From NCBI RefSeq assembly GCF_024505055.1, contig NZ_JANIBL010000051.1:10738-34737 (forward strand): DNA of 24,000 nt. Reading direction: 5' to 3'. The position numbers and the translations under genes were made by a program. Of this stretch, positions 1 to 8,657 are shown in pieces. The notes beneath the pieces are model-generated. The model saw only the letters and a program-made list of their open reading frames with translations, did no database searches and was not told the origin of the DNA. The DNA comes from Methylomonas rosea (GTDB lineage: Bacteria > Pseudomonadota > Gammaproteobacteria > Methylococcales > Methylomonadaceae). The stretch's first letter is position 1, and each line of letters starts with the position of its first letter.

Positions 1-489
1 CGCTTGAGCAAGACTCAGAATGGTCTGGCGTATTATGCCGCCTATCGGCAAATCGACGCCGGCGCCCGCCGCGATATTCAGCGCGTGTTTCAGCAGTTTC
101 GGGTGGAACTACAGCCCGTCGTGGAATGGCTGGACATGATGATGGCCTGTTTGCATCGCGATGCAGCCTTGTCGCCTGGCGATACGCTGAGTTTCGGGGC
201 GCTATTGCAGGTCATCGAGAGCAATCAGGCTTTGGCGGATCGTCTGCAAACCTTTGGCCGCTTCAAAGACTTTGTCTGCACCGACGATGCCATGAAAAGC
301 CGTCTGGAAAAACTGCTGAAAACATTGGATCAATGGGGCTATTTGCATCTGTCCAACCGCGACACCCTGATTTACCAAGTGACCGGCAAGCTGGATTATT
401 TCTATCAGGCGCTGCAATTCATCAAAGAGCATGAACAATTGCCGATCACGCAGGACGAAGATGACGTAGCCCAGGAGAGTCTGTTTTGA
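1..489 (+). CDS. Hypothetical protein, 5'-truncated by the window edge. Helical, with a winged-helix-like C-terminal segment and an acidic tail. First visible gene of a coupled operon.
   Basis: The reading frame is open through nt 1-3. Stop TGA 487-489 overlaps the TTG start of the next gene (TTGA at 486-489). There is no Walker A motif: the only GK, in VTGKL, lacks the G-x4-GK[ST] context. The C-terminal KSRLEKLLKTLDQWGYLHLSNRDTLIYQVTGKLDYF resembles a wHTH. Confidence 0.6.
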   Translation, partial: RLSKTQNGLAYYAAYRQIDAGARRDIQRVFQQFRVELQPVVEWLDMMMACLHRDAALSPGDTLSFGALLQVIESNQALADRLQTFGRFKDFVCTDDAMKSRLEKLLKTLDQWGYLHLSNRDTLIYQVTGKLDYFYQALQFIKEHEQLPITQDEDDVAQESLF

Positions 490-1709
490 GTCAGGCTGAA
501 CAAAGCATGGAACGGCTGTTCAAGGCGCTGGCCAACCATAGCGAACTGATCGCCAAGGCCTATTTCAATGGCACCATCTATTCGGATAGCCAGAATCAAC
601 GCACCCTCAATCAGCTAAAGCAATTGAAAGTGCTGGTCAATCACGGCGACGATGGTTTCCGCATCGCCGGCCGGTTGAGCCAGTTTCTCGATAGCGCCTT
701 GAGTAGCGACCGGATCCGCCGTTTGGATACCGATCTGTCGAGCTGGATCGATACCCTGGAGCAGCAGATTGGTTTGTACCAGGATGCCTGGCGGGAGAAC
801 CGGCTGGACGATGTCGATCATTACCTGCTGGAAATCCAAAGGCTGGTATTCGATTTGGCCGACAATCTGGAGGAAAACACCAGTTATCTGTTGATGTTGG
901 TCAACAGCCGATTTGCCAATGTCCGGACTCTGGCGGAAAAACAAAAACAGAACACCTTTTATATTGCCCGTCTGGAAAAACTGGTGAATGCCATCAGCGC
1001 TTTGCAACCGGAATTTTTACTGGAATACGTCGAGGAACAACCGGAGTTGCATCAATTGCTGGAGCGACAATTGCTCCGGCTATTGCCAAAGTATCAACAA
1101 CGGCTGCAGGACATCCTCGATAAGCTAAAAATTTTCCTGTTCGAACTGCGGCAAATCGAAATGCTTGCGCAACTGGTTCAGGGTTTTGCGTTTTATCTGC
1201 GGCAAAATCCCGATTACCAGCCGTTGGATTGGAGCGAGCACGATCAGATTCCTGAACATTGGAATCGCATTCAACCCTTAGCGTTGTCGGCGCATGCCGA
1301 TCCCATGGACCACGCTGTGGAGCAGGAACTGGTCGAGATCGTACAGAAGATTCGTATCGATAGCGATGCCTTGTTAGCCAAGCAGAAACAGCGGCGTTTG
1401 AACGCGGTGACATTAAACCCTGCGGAAAAACAGACTCTACAAGTTCCTAAATACCGACGGCAACTGGCGGCTTATATGGCCAAAGTCCGTCAACAATCTG
1501 GCCGGCCATTATCGGCGCTGGCTTTTCAACAGGTGTTTGCCAACGATGTTGAACCCGCCATCTGGTTGGCGTGCGTGATGAACGAATGCATGAAACAGCA
1601 ACATAAGTCCTTGCAAGTCGAATGGCGGGAGATAGGCCAAGGAGCGGGCTTTACCGGCAACAAAAAGATTTGCGATATCGTGTTGTGCTGTCGGGATGGC
1701 GAAAGATGA
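486..1709 (+). CDS. Hypothetical 407-aa protein, predominantly alpha-helical and coiled-coil-looking. No nucleotide-binding motif. Middle gene of the coupled operon; a structural or kleisin-like role is speculative.
   Basis: Long ORF with 4-nt overlaps at both ends (TTGA at 486-489, ATGA at 1706-1709). Leu/Gln/Glu-rich heptad-like stretches such as LLEIQRLVFDLADNLEENTSYLLMLV and QQRLQDILDKLKIFLFELRQIEMLAQLV. No GxxxxGK[ST]. An alternative ATG start lies at about nt 507. Confidence 0.65.
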   Translation: MSQAEQSMERLFKALANHSELIAKAYFNGTIYSDSQNQRTLNQLKQLKVLVNHGDDGFRIAGRLSQFLDSALSSDRIRRLDTDLSSWIDTLEQQIGLYQDAWRENRLDDVDHYLLEIQRLVFDLADNLEENTSYLLMLVNSRFANVRTLAEKQKQNTFYIARLEKLVNAISALQPEFLLEYVEEQPELHQLLERQLLRLLPKYQQRLQDILDKLKIFLFELRQIEMLAQLVQGFAFYLRQNPDYQPLDWSEHDQIPEHWNRIQPLALSAHADPMDHAVEQELVEIVQKIRIDSDALLAKQKQRRLNAVTLNPAEKQTLQVPKYRRQLAAYMAKVRQQSGRPLSALAFQQVFANDVEPAIWLACVMNECMKQQHKSLQVEWREIGQGAGFTGNKKICDIVLCCRDGER

Positions 1710-2572
1710 ACAAAACATGGTTGGCGGTGATAGCTCGCGCGATCGATAGTGAACAGGAGCTATTTCCGCTCAATCAAACCTGGCAGGCCATTCACCAGGA
1801 ATACAACATCGGCCTGACTCAAGCCAAAAAACTGCTGCTCAGCTACCAAGACAAACTGGAACTGAGGGAACTCGTCCAAAAAATTTCTCATATCGATTTG
1901 CAGAAAGTCAGTCCGGGTGAGTTTGCCGGTATGCAACGGGAACAGGTTCTAACCCTGGCCATAAATGAAAAGCTGGCCGGTCAATCGGTGAAGAAAAACC
2001 GTCTGGCCATTAAATCCTTACCGGGCAGGGCGCTCAAGTTAAACGGTGAACACTATCGATTGCCGGAGAACAGCCATTGCGATATGGCCTTAGAAAGTAT
2101 CAGTAGCGTCGAACATCAGAGCATGTGGATTATTGAAAATTACCGCTGCTTCGATCAGTTGGGCGCCATCAAGTTGGAGGAATCGGCGGCGTCCACCGAA
2201 CCCTTGGTGGTGTTTCGTGGCGATCATATTTATCAGGCTGGCACGGTGTTGAGTCTGATCGAAAAGCTTCAGTTGCCGGTCTGGGTAATGGGTGACCTGG
2301 ACCCGAAAGGCCTGAGCATCGCGCAGTCTTATCCCAACTTTGCCGGCTTGATTGCGCCGAACATGGCAGTGTTGGAGAACTATTTTAGCGACCCCAGCAA
2401 AGCCAATCGTAAACTCTACGAAAAACAACTTGCCGGCTGCCGAAAGGCATTATCGGATACCCGCTACCCCATCATCGAGAATTGTTGGAAGAAGATAAAG
2501 CGGCATCAGGCAGGCATTGTTCAGGAGCATTGGCTGGTCGTTAACACGACGCTGAAAATGCACCCAGCCTAA
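1706..2572 (+). CDS. Toprim-domain protein of the Topo VI-A/Spo11/JetD (DUF2220-like) type, 288 aa. Putative metal-dependent DNA nuclease subunit.
   Basis: ATG 1706 overlaps the upstream stop (ATGA), so I prefer it to the track's start at 1622. Motifs: MWIIENYRCFDQL (Glu144, nt 2135-2137), LVVFRGD, and LPVWVMGDLDPKGLSIA (Asp197 and Asp199, nt 2294-2302). This reproduces the E...DxDPxG Toprim pattern of Topo VI-A/Spo11 and JetD/MksG. Confidence 0.65.
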   Translation: MNKTWLAVIARAIDSEQELFPLNQTWQAIHQEYNIGLTQAKKLLLSYQDKLELRELVQKISHIDLQKVSPGEFAGMQREQVLTLAINEKLAGQSVKKNRLAIKSLPGRALKLNGEHYRLPENSHCDMALESISSVEHQSMWIIENYRCFDQLGAIKLEESAASTEPLVVFRGDHIYQAGTVLSLIEKLQLPVWVMGDLDPKGLSIAQSYPNFAGLIAPNMAVLENYFSDPSKANRKLYEKQLAGCRKALSDTRYPIIENCWKKIKRHQAGIVQEHWLVVNTTLKMHPA

Positions 2573-2592
2573 CCCAGATCAGTGAAGACCTG

Positions 2593-2940
2593 ATGATTCC
2601 AGAGCCAATACCCAACCTTTATCAAGATCGCTTTCCACGTTTAACCGAAAACGGCGAGTTGATGACTGATGCGATCATCAAATTGACGCACCGGTACCTG
2701 GATGGAAAACCAGCCAAAGTCGGAAAGCGAAGCTTGAGCGCAGCTGATCGAGATCTCGATTTTTGGAATGCCATTTTTTGGGAAGACGTCTCCAACGAGA
2801 TTTTCGAGACCGAAGCCTTCGCATTGGCTTTGGCTCGTTATCTTCAGCAAAACAAGGTGACCCGGCCGGGTTGGCTCCAAAACCTGGTTGTCAGGGCGCC
2901 AGTAGCACTCCGGCGTGCCATTCGATATTCCCAGGTGTGA
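2593..2940 (+). CDS. Hypothetical 115-aa protein. Uncertain; it may be an accessory gene of the upstream operon or a spurious ORF.
   Basis: ATG lies 20 nt after the previous stop, with only a weak purine-rich RBS (gtgaaga). The last 50 nt overlap the 3' end of convergent leuA. A GC-rich palindrome that could be the leuA terminator (2860-2871) lies inside it. Confidence 0.3.
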   Translation: MIPEPIPNLYQDRFPRLTENGELMTDAIIKLTHRYLDGKPAKVGKRSLSAADRDLDFWNAIFWEDVSNEIFETEAFALALARYLQQNKVTRPGWLQNLVVRAPVALRRAIRYSQV

Positions 2941-4552
2941 TCGATGCGCTGACAATGTTGCCGTCCATGCCGACGCCATAGGCGGTTTGGCCCTTTGCAG
3001 CCGCCAGTTCGACAAAGGCGCAAGCCTGGGCATCGCCGCCGCTGCCGGTCGAGCGTTCCTCGTAGCTGCACACCGACACTGCGCCGCCGAGTGTGCCTAA
3101 AGCTTGGACGGCCGCGGCTATCGGCCCGTTACCCACGCCGGTTAAGGTACGCGGTTCGCCGTCCCACTCGATTTGCAGTCGTATGCCTTGGTCTTGCGCA
3201 TGCTCGTACAATTGATGGCCGAGATAAGCCATAGGCTTAGCCACATCGAGATACGTCTGTGCGAATAATCGCCATAACTGTTCCGCGCCGATTTCGCCTC
3301 CGTGGCGGTCGGTATGCAGTTGGACGACTTGCGAAAACTCGATTTGCAAACGGCGCGGCAGTACCACACCATAATGACTTTCCAGTAAGTGGGCGATGCC
3401 GCCCTTGCCCGACTGGCTGTTGATGCGGATCACCGCGTCGTATCCGCGCCCGACATCGGCCGGATCGAACGGCAGATAGGGCACATTCCAGACGCTATCA
3501 GGCTGCCGTGCGGCAAAGCCTTTCTTGATGGCGTCTTGGTGCGATCCGGAAAACGCGGTGAACACCAACTCGCCGGCATAGGGTTGGCGCGGCGGCACGC
3601 TCAGGCCGGTGCAAGCCTCGAAATCGCGCACTACGGCATTGATGTAGGAAAAATCCAAGCCCGGAGCGATGCCTTGGGTATAAAGATTCAACGCCAGGGT
3701 CACTAAATCCACGTTACTGGTACGTTCGCCGTTGCCGAACAAGCAACCCTCGACGCGCTCGGCGCCGGCCATCAACGCCAGTTCGGCGGCGGCTACCGCC
3801 GTGCCGCGGTCGTTGTGCGGATGTACACTGAGAATGACGCTGTCGCGGCGGGCGATATGGCGATGCATCCATTCGATCTGGTCGGCGTAGACGTTCGGCG
3901 TCGCCGTTTCCACCGACGACGGCAAATTCAAGATGATCTTATTATCCGGCGTCGCTCCCCAGGCGGCGCTGACCGCATCGCACACCTCCACGGCAAAATC
4001 CGGCTCGGTGGCGGTGAAGGTTTCCAGGCTGTATTGCAAGCGCCATTGGGTTTGCGGCTGGTCGGCGGTCAATTGTTTGACCAGCCGCACCGCATCGACG
4101 GCCATCGCCAATACCCCGGCACGGCTCATGCCCAACACCAGTTCGCGAAACGGTTGGGAGGTCGCGTTGACGATATGGACGATGGCCGAACGTGCGCCGT
4201 GCAAGGCTTCTACAGTGCGTCGCAACAGCGGTTCGCGGGCGTGGCTGAGCACTTCGATGGTAACGTCGTCGGGTATCAACGCCTCGTCTATCAAGCGGCG
4301 CACGAAATCGAATTCGGTTTGCGAGGCCGACGGAAACGCTACTTCGATTTCCTTGAAACCGATGGCGCATAAGGTGCGGAACAGGCGCAATTTGCGTTCG
4401 GCGTTCATCGGTTCGAACAAAGCCTGGTTGCCGTCGCGCAAATCGGTGCTCATCCAGATCGGCGCTTGGCTAATCGTGCGGTTGGGCCATTGGCGGTCGG
4501 CAAGTTTCACCGGTGGGAATGGACGGTATTTGCGGGAAGGGTCGGTCAACAT
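2891..4552 (-). CDS. leuA: 2-isopropylmalate synthase, long form (553 aa).
   Basis: N-terminus KYRPFPPVKLADRQWPNRTISQAPIWMSTDLRDGNQAL. HPHNDRGTAVAAAELALMAGAERVEGCLFGNGER catalytic TIM-barrel motifs. A C-terminal regulatory domain is present, but the last about 16 aa are atypical (see findings). Confidence 0.95.
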   Translation of the reverse strand: MLTDPSRKYRPFPPVKLADRQWPNRTISQAPIWMSTDLRDGNQALFEPMNAERKLRLFRTLCAIGFKEIEVAFPSASQTEFDFVRRLIDEALIPDDVTIEVLSHAREPLLRRTVEALHGARSAIVHIVNATSQPFRELVLGMSRAGVLAMAVDAVRLVKQLTADQPQTQWRLQYSLETFTATEPDFAVEVCDAVSAAWGATPDNKIILNLPSSVETATPNVYADQIEWMHRHIARRDSVILSVHPHNDRGTAVAAAELALMAGAERVEGCLFGNGERTSNVDLVTLALNLYTQGIAPGLDFSYINAVVRDFEACTGLSVPPRQPYAGELVFTAFSGSHQDAIKKGFAARQPDSVWNVPYLPFDPADVGRGYDAVIRINSQSGKGGIAHLLESHYGVVLPRRLQIEFSQVVQLHTDRHGGEIGAEQLWRLFAQTYLDVAKPMAYLGHQLYEHAQDQGIRLQIEWDGEPRTLTGVGNGPIAAAVQALGTLGGAVSVCSYEERSTGSGGDAQACAFVELAAAKGQTAYGVGMDGNIVSASITPGNIEWHAGVLLAP

Positions 4553-4714
4553 GGCTCGGTGCTCTCGGTAAATGGGGTGTCGATAAGATAAGCCAAACCG
4601 TCCGCTAGGCGATTGCGTTTATGCCATTTAAAATGCCAAACCTTGATAGAATATTGCCAATATTTATATAAATACGCTGGTAAGTTGTTTTGCTATGACA
4701 ATAGAGGATATTTT
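4553..4714. promoter_or_regulatory. AT-rich divergent leuA / lrp-family control region with short repeats. Possible Lrp-type binding sites.
   Basis: ATGCCA is repeated at 4621-4626 and 4633-4638. AATATT-GCC-AATATT lies at 4650-4664. The region sits between divergent start codons. No Leu-rich leader peptide was seen. Confidence 0.3.
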
Positions 4715-5188
4715 ATGGAACTGGATCGATACGACATTCAAATCTTGAACATCCTGCAAGCCGACGGCCGCATCAGCAATCAGGAACTGGCCGACCGTAT
4801 CGGTTTGTCGCCGTCGCCTTGCCTGCGGCGGGTGCGAGCGTTGGAGGAGGGCGGCCTGATCGTCGGCTACCGGGCGCTGCTGGATGCCAAAGCCTTGGGT
4901 CTGACGCTGATGGCCTTGATCCACATTTCGATGGACCAACACACGCCGGAACGTTTCAGCACCTTCGAAGCGGCGATTGCCGGCATTCCGGAAGTCATGG
5001 AATGCCTGTTGATCACCGGCCAGACCGCCGATTATCAGCTCAAAGTTATGGTCAAGGACTTGGACGCCTATCAGGAATTGCTGTTGAAACGCATCACCGG
5101 CATTGCGGGTGTCAGCGGGGTGCATACCAGCTTCGTATTGCGGCGGGTGGTGGATAAGACCGCGTTTCCGGTCGGGGTAGGGGCATGA
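4715..5188 (+). CDS. Lrp/AsnC family transcriptional regulator.
   Basis: MELDRYDIQILNILQADGRISNQELADRIGLSPSPCLRRVRALEEGGLI is a typical AsnC HTH, followed by a RAM-like C-terminal domain. RBS agagga at 4703-4708 precedes ATG 4715, so the track start at 4613 is rejected. Confidence 0.9.
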   Translation: MELDRYDIQILNILQADGRISNQELADRIGLSPSPCLRRVRALEEGGLIVGYRALLDAKALGLTLMALIHISMDQHTPERFSTFEAAIAGIPEVMECLLITGQTADYQLKVMVKDLDAYQELLLKRITGIAGVSGVHTSFVLRRVVDKTAFPVGVGA

Positions 5189-5386
5189 TCGTTCCGAACT
5201 CATTACTAGCAGAGTCAGCCTTCGTGTAGACCTAGGGCCGCACTGTTAAAACGTTTGACTACAATTGGCTCGCCTAATACCATCCAGCTACCAAAAACAG
5301 CGCTGGTAAAAACCTCAAGGCCCCATCCACAGGGGCTTGAAATCTTGCCGGCCAACAACTCGATGATTACCCCCTTCAAGGATCAG

Positions 5387-7162
5387 ATGAAAACCTATTT
5401 GACATATTTAAGCGCGATATTGCTTTTGCTAAGCGGTTGCGCGGGTTCGCCGCCGCTAAAGCCGGATACTGTACAACACGGCGATTATAGTTATCTCAAG
5501 GCTCATCTGACCTGGCTGATCGAACAGGAAATGTCCGAACAGGACGTGGAAGGCTTGAGCATCGCAGTGGTGGATGATCAGCAGATCGTCTGGTCGCAAG
5601 GTTTCGGCTATGCCGATCAAGTCAGGCAGATTGCCGCGACACCGGAAACGGTTTATCGAACCGGCTCCATCTCCAAGCTTTTCACCGATACGCTGGTCAT
5701 GCAACTGGCTGAGCAAGGCAAGCTGGATATTGATCGGCCTTTGCAAACCTATCTGCCAAATTTTGCGATCAAAAGCCGCTTTCCGGATGCCGGGCCGATT
5801 ACACCGCGCAATATCATGACGCATCATTCCGGCTTGCCGGGCGATAGGGGCAATGGCATGTGGACTAAGAATCCAGCGCCGTTCAGTCAACTGGTCTACC
5901 CCCTGAAAGACGAATACGTCGCCTATCCGCCCAATCGCATCTGGGCCTATTCGAATCTGGGCATTACCTTATTAGGGACGATGCTGGAACGGCTTACCGG
6001 CCAGGATTTCAGCAGTTATGCCGACCGGCAGCTGTTAAAACCGCTCGGTATGACGAATGCGGCATTTTCGCTCGGCATCGAGGGAAAACTGGCTTCGAAA
6101 GCCTATAAGAATGATCAGGAAAAGACGGAAGTGGCACTGCGCGATATGCCGGCCGGGGGCTTGAACGCGAATGTCTTGGATTTGAGCCGTTTTATCGCTA
6201 TGGTCTTGGCGGACGGAAAAGCCAATGGCCGGCCCATATTGGAGCCGGAAACCCTGCATGAAATGCTACGCCAGCAAAACCAGGACGTGGCGCTGGATGT
6301 AGGCACCAAAACCGGTTTGGGTTGGTTCTTGACCAGCAAGCCCGGTATCGGCGAAGTGGCCGCACACGGCGGCGCCACACTTTTTCACCGTAGCCTGCTG
6401 ACGGTGGCGCCGGAACACAAGCTGGGCGTGGTCGTGCTGGCTAACTCCCCGCCCACCGGCAACTTGATCGACAAAGTCACCGATAAGGCGCTAAAACTGG
6501 CGATTGCGATAAAAACCGGCCAGCCGCTGTCGGACGATGCCGAAACACCTGAAATGGAAACCCGCGGCTTAACCCCGCAACAACAGCAACTGGCAGCCGG
6601 GCAATATGCAACCGCGCTGGGCTACATTAAATTAACCGCGGATGGCGATACCCTAGCCACCGAACTGAACGGCAGCAGCCTGGATTTGGTCGGCAGGGGC
6701 GACGGCCAATTTGGTATTCGCTACAAGTTTCTGGGTTTGATTCCGCTACAACCTGAGCAACTGGCCGAAGTCGGCGTATCGGTGCGCCATGTCGACGGCC
6801 ATGATCTGGCGCTGGCCAATTGGCATGGGCAAACCTTCGTGTTGGGCGAGAAAATCCAACCTGTAGCGATTCCTGACTCCATGCGCAGTCGTCTGGGCGA
6901 ATACGAGATTGTGAATCTTGCCGAAGGCGAGGCGATGGTTCCTGAAAACTGCGCGCTACGCGAGCGGGACGGTTTTTTGATGCTGGAGTATTCCATTCCC
7001 ACATTCGACATGAATAATCTGACTTTTCCCATTGCACCGGTATCGGAAAATGCAGCCGTCATTCTTGGACTGGGACGAGGCATGCAGGAAACCGTGCGTC
7101 TGGAGACCATCGATGGCCAAGATTTTGTGGCCTATTCCGGGTATTTATTGCGGAAGAAATGA
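5387..7162 (+). CDS. Serine hydrolase of the beta-lactamase/PBP (class C-like) family. Predicted lipoprotein with an extra C-terminal domain of about 190 aa.
   Basis: Lipobox in MKTYLTYLSAILLLLSGC. SxxK motif in GSISKLF. YxN motif in AYSNLG. RBS aagga lies just upstream of ATG 5387, so the track start at 5255 is rejected. A possible sigma70 promoter is TTGACT 5255-5260 / TACCAT 5278-5283. Confidence 0.85.
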   Translation: MKTYLTYLSAILLLLSGCAGSPPLKPDTVQHGDYSYLKAHLTWLIEQEMSEQDVEGLSIAVVDDQQIVWSQGFGYADQVRQIAATPETVYRTGSISKLFTDTLVMQLAEQGKLDIDRPLQTYLPNFAIKSRFPDAGPITPRNIMTHHSGLPGDRGNGMWTKNPAPFSQLVYPLKDEYVAYPPNRIWAYSNLGITLLGTMLERLTGQDFSSYADRQLLKPLGMTNAAFSLGIEGKLASKAYKNDQEKTEVALRDMPAGGLNANVLDLSRFIAMVLADGKANGRPILEPETLHEMLRQQNQDVALDVGTKTGLGWFLTSKPGIGEVAAHGGATLFHRSLLTVAPEHKLGVVVLANSPPTGNLIDKVTDKALKLAIAIKTGQPLSDDAETPEMETRGLTPQQQQLAAGQYATALGYIKLTADGDTLATELNGSSLDLVGRGDGQFGIRYKFLGLIPLQPEQLAEVGVSVRHVDGHDLALANWHGQTFVLGEKIQPVAIPDSMRSRLGEYEIVNLAEGEAMVPENCALRERDGFLMLEYSIPTFDMNNLTFPIAPVSENAAVILGLGRGMQETVRLETIDGQDFVAYSGYLLRKK

Positions 7163-7322
7163 GCAAAACCTTTAGGTCTCCCAAGCATTTGGCATTCTTC
7201 AACACTTTCACTCGCTTGAACGTTTTATCAATGCCTAAGCTTTGCCATTTCCGGCGGCCGCCAGTCAAAATGGAATTTATGAGTGTTGCCAATCTTGCAA
7301 CCATCGATCAAGAGGTCTTCCG

Positions 7323-7694
7323 TTGAGCGAGTTTATAGCCTATCTGCCGGAAGTGTTCGAACTGTTCGGCGCCATTCAGATCCGCAAGATGTTCGGCGGC
7401 TATGGTGTCTACCACGATGGCTTGATGTTTGCCCTGGTGGCCGACGAGACCCTTTATCTCAAGGCGGATGCTGAAAATGCCAAGTTTTTCGAGGAACAGG
7501 GGCTTGCGCCATTCGCCTATCAGCGGGAAGGCAAGATGGCGAAAATGTCGTATTACCAAGCACCGGCCGAGTTTATGGAAGACCGCGAGCAGGCTTCTGT
7601 ATGGGCGCGGCGCTCATACGATGCCGCGCGGCGGGCCCAACGTAAAAAACGCAAAAGCAAAACGGACACAGCAGTGATACGTCATTTAGACTGA
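7323..7694 (+). CDS. TfoX/Sxy N-terminal-domain protein with a basic C-terminal tail.
   Basis: RKMFGGYGVYHDGLMFALVADETLYLKAD is the TfoX_N signature. TTG start at 7323 lies 7 nt after RBS agagg (7311-7315). The N-terminal extension in the track looks non-coding. Confidence 0.7.
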   Translation: MSEFIAYLPEVFELFGAIQIRKMFGGYGVYHDGLMFALVADETLYLKADAENAKFFEEQGLAPFAYQREGKMAKMSYYQAPAEFMEDREQASVWARRSYDAARRAQRKKRKSKTDTAVIRHLD

Positions 7695-7704
7695 TTCAGA
7701 ACAC

Positions 7705-8190
7705 CTAATATCGAATAATGTTGAAACCCTCTTCCTGCTGAGGGGCTACGAAGTAACTCGTGATTAGGTCAAATTCGGTATCAGCCACTACAAAAGCGTG
7801 AGCGCCAGACGCGTTTCTCGCACGTAAACGTGTCAAGCATTTGTCGTCCGATACATCAAGAAAATGCAACACATGCTTTGATTCGGCTCTGTCGATAAGA
7901 GACCTCATCCATTTTCGGTTTGCGACGGTGTTGGCTGGAAAATCTAATACCACGGACACACCTATACGAAGTAAATCGGTCACGTGTGGCCCGATCGCGC
8001 CACGTAAATTCGAAGCACACCGAACATAGTCCGTCACAGTCTTGATGTCGTCTGGATAAAGATGTGCAAGCCAAGTGTCCTCGCTGAGGATCACCGTGTC
8101 CGGAGTCTTGGCCAGTTCCTTTGCTAATGTCGATTTGCCAGAGGCAATTTTTCCGCAGAGCAAATGCAGTGTCGGCAGTAATTTTGACAT
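7705..8190 (-). CDS. P-loop ATPase / small-molecule-kinase-like protein (AAA_33-like).
   Basis: Walker A in LLCGKIASGKSTLAKEL. ATG 8190 lies 1 nt after the upstream stop (taaaATG), so I prefer it to the track start at 8274. Confidence 0.75.
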   Translation of the reverse strand: MSKLLPTLHLLCGKIASGKSTLAKELAKTPDTVILSEDTWLAHLYPDDIKTVTDYVRCASNLRGAIGPHVTDLLRIGVSVVLDFPANTVANRKWMRSLIDRAESKHVLHFLDVSDDKCLTRLRARNASGAHAFVVADTEFDLITSYFVAPQQEEGFNIIRY

Positions 8191-8191
8191 T

Positions 8192-8590
8192 TTACATGGC
8201 TCCCAGTAAGTCAGTGCCATACGAATTATCAATAACACAAAGCCACTTGCCGGCAGGGTCCTCCCGGAATACATAGGTGGCGCGTCGTGAGATGCAACTC
8301 GTCACACCGGTGTTATCGGTCGTTTCCAGAACGGTTTCCATAATCACTAGAGCCGTATTCCCGCCCTGAATGACATGCATTGCGCCTTGTTTGACCACAA
8401 GGCTATGATTGAAATATTCGGCAATTGCGAGGAACGCCTTATGGATTTGTTCCTTGCCTGTTGCAATCAAGCCTGGCTTGATGACAAGCGTTGCATCGTC
8501 TGCGTAGAAAGCCATCAATGAATCGAAGTCCTCTTCAGTGATTGCTTTGTCAGCAGCTTCGATCATTTGTTTGAGCGGATGGTATGCCAT
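8192..8590 (-). CDS. SnoaL-like / NTF2-fold (ketosteroid-isomerase-like) protein.
   Basis: About 130 aa with an NTF2-like pattern: DFDSLMAFYADDATLV ... GKWLCVIDNSY. RBS aaggag precedes ATG 8590. Confidence 0.65.
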   Translation of the reverse strand: MAYHPLKQMIEAADKAITEEDFDSLMAFYADDATLVIKPGLIATGKEQIHKAFLAIAEYFNHSLVVKQGAMHVIQGGNTALVIMETVLETTDNTGVTSCISRRATYVFREDPAGKWLCVIDNSYGTDLLGAM

Positions 8591-8630
8591 ATCGATCTCC
8601 TTGGTAGGGTAAGTTCCCAAGAGACAGGCA

Positions 8631-8657
8631 ATAAAAAACCCGCCTCAGGGCGGGTTG
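8631..8657 (-). terminator. Rho-independent terminator (minus strand).
   Basis: Minus strand reads AACCCGCC-CTGA-GGCGGGTT followed by TTTTTTAT: a perfect 8-bp GC-rich stem, a 4-nt loop and a T6 tail. Confidence 0.8.

Noticed and set aside
1622-1705. Upstream start codons given in the ORF track: 1622 for the Toprim gene, and similarly 4613, 5255, 7242, 8274, 8620, 13413, 15035, 16656 and 21189.
   Set aside because: The extensions overlap upstream genes or lack an RBS. Internal starts fit better for one of these reasons: an ATGA/TTGA overlap, a good Shine-Dalgarno sequence, a lipoprotein signal peptide, or alignment of family N-termini.
2915-4571. Multiple long ORFs in other frames and on the opposite strand of leuA (for example 3815-4372 +, 3933-4571 +, 3942-4370 -, 3389-3706 +).
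   Set aside because: Their translations are Arg/Ala/Gly-rich and low-complexity, typical of frame shadows in a GC-rich gene. They are fully nested in the well-supported leuA CDS.
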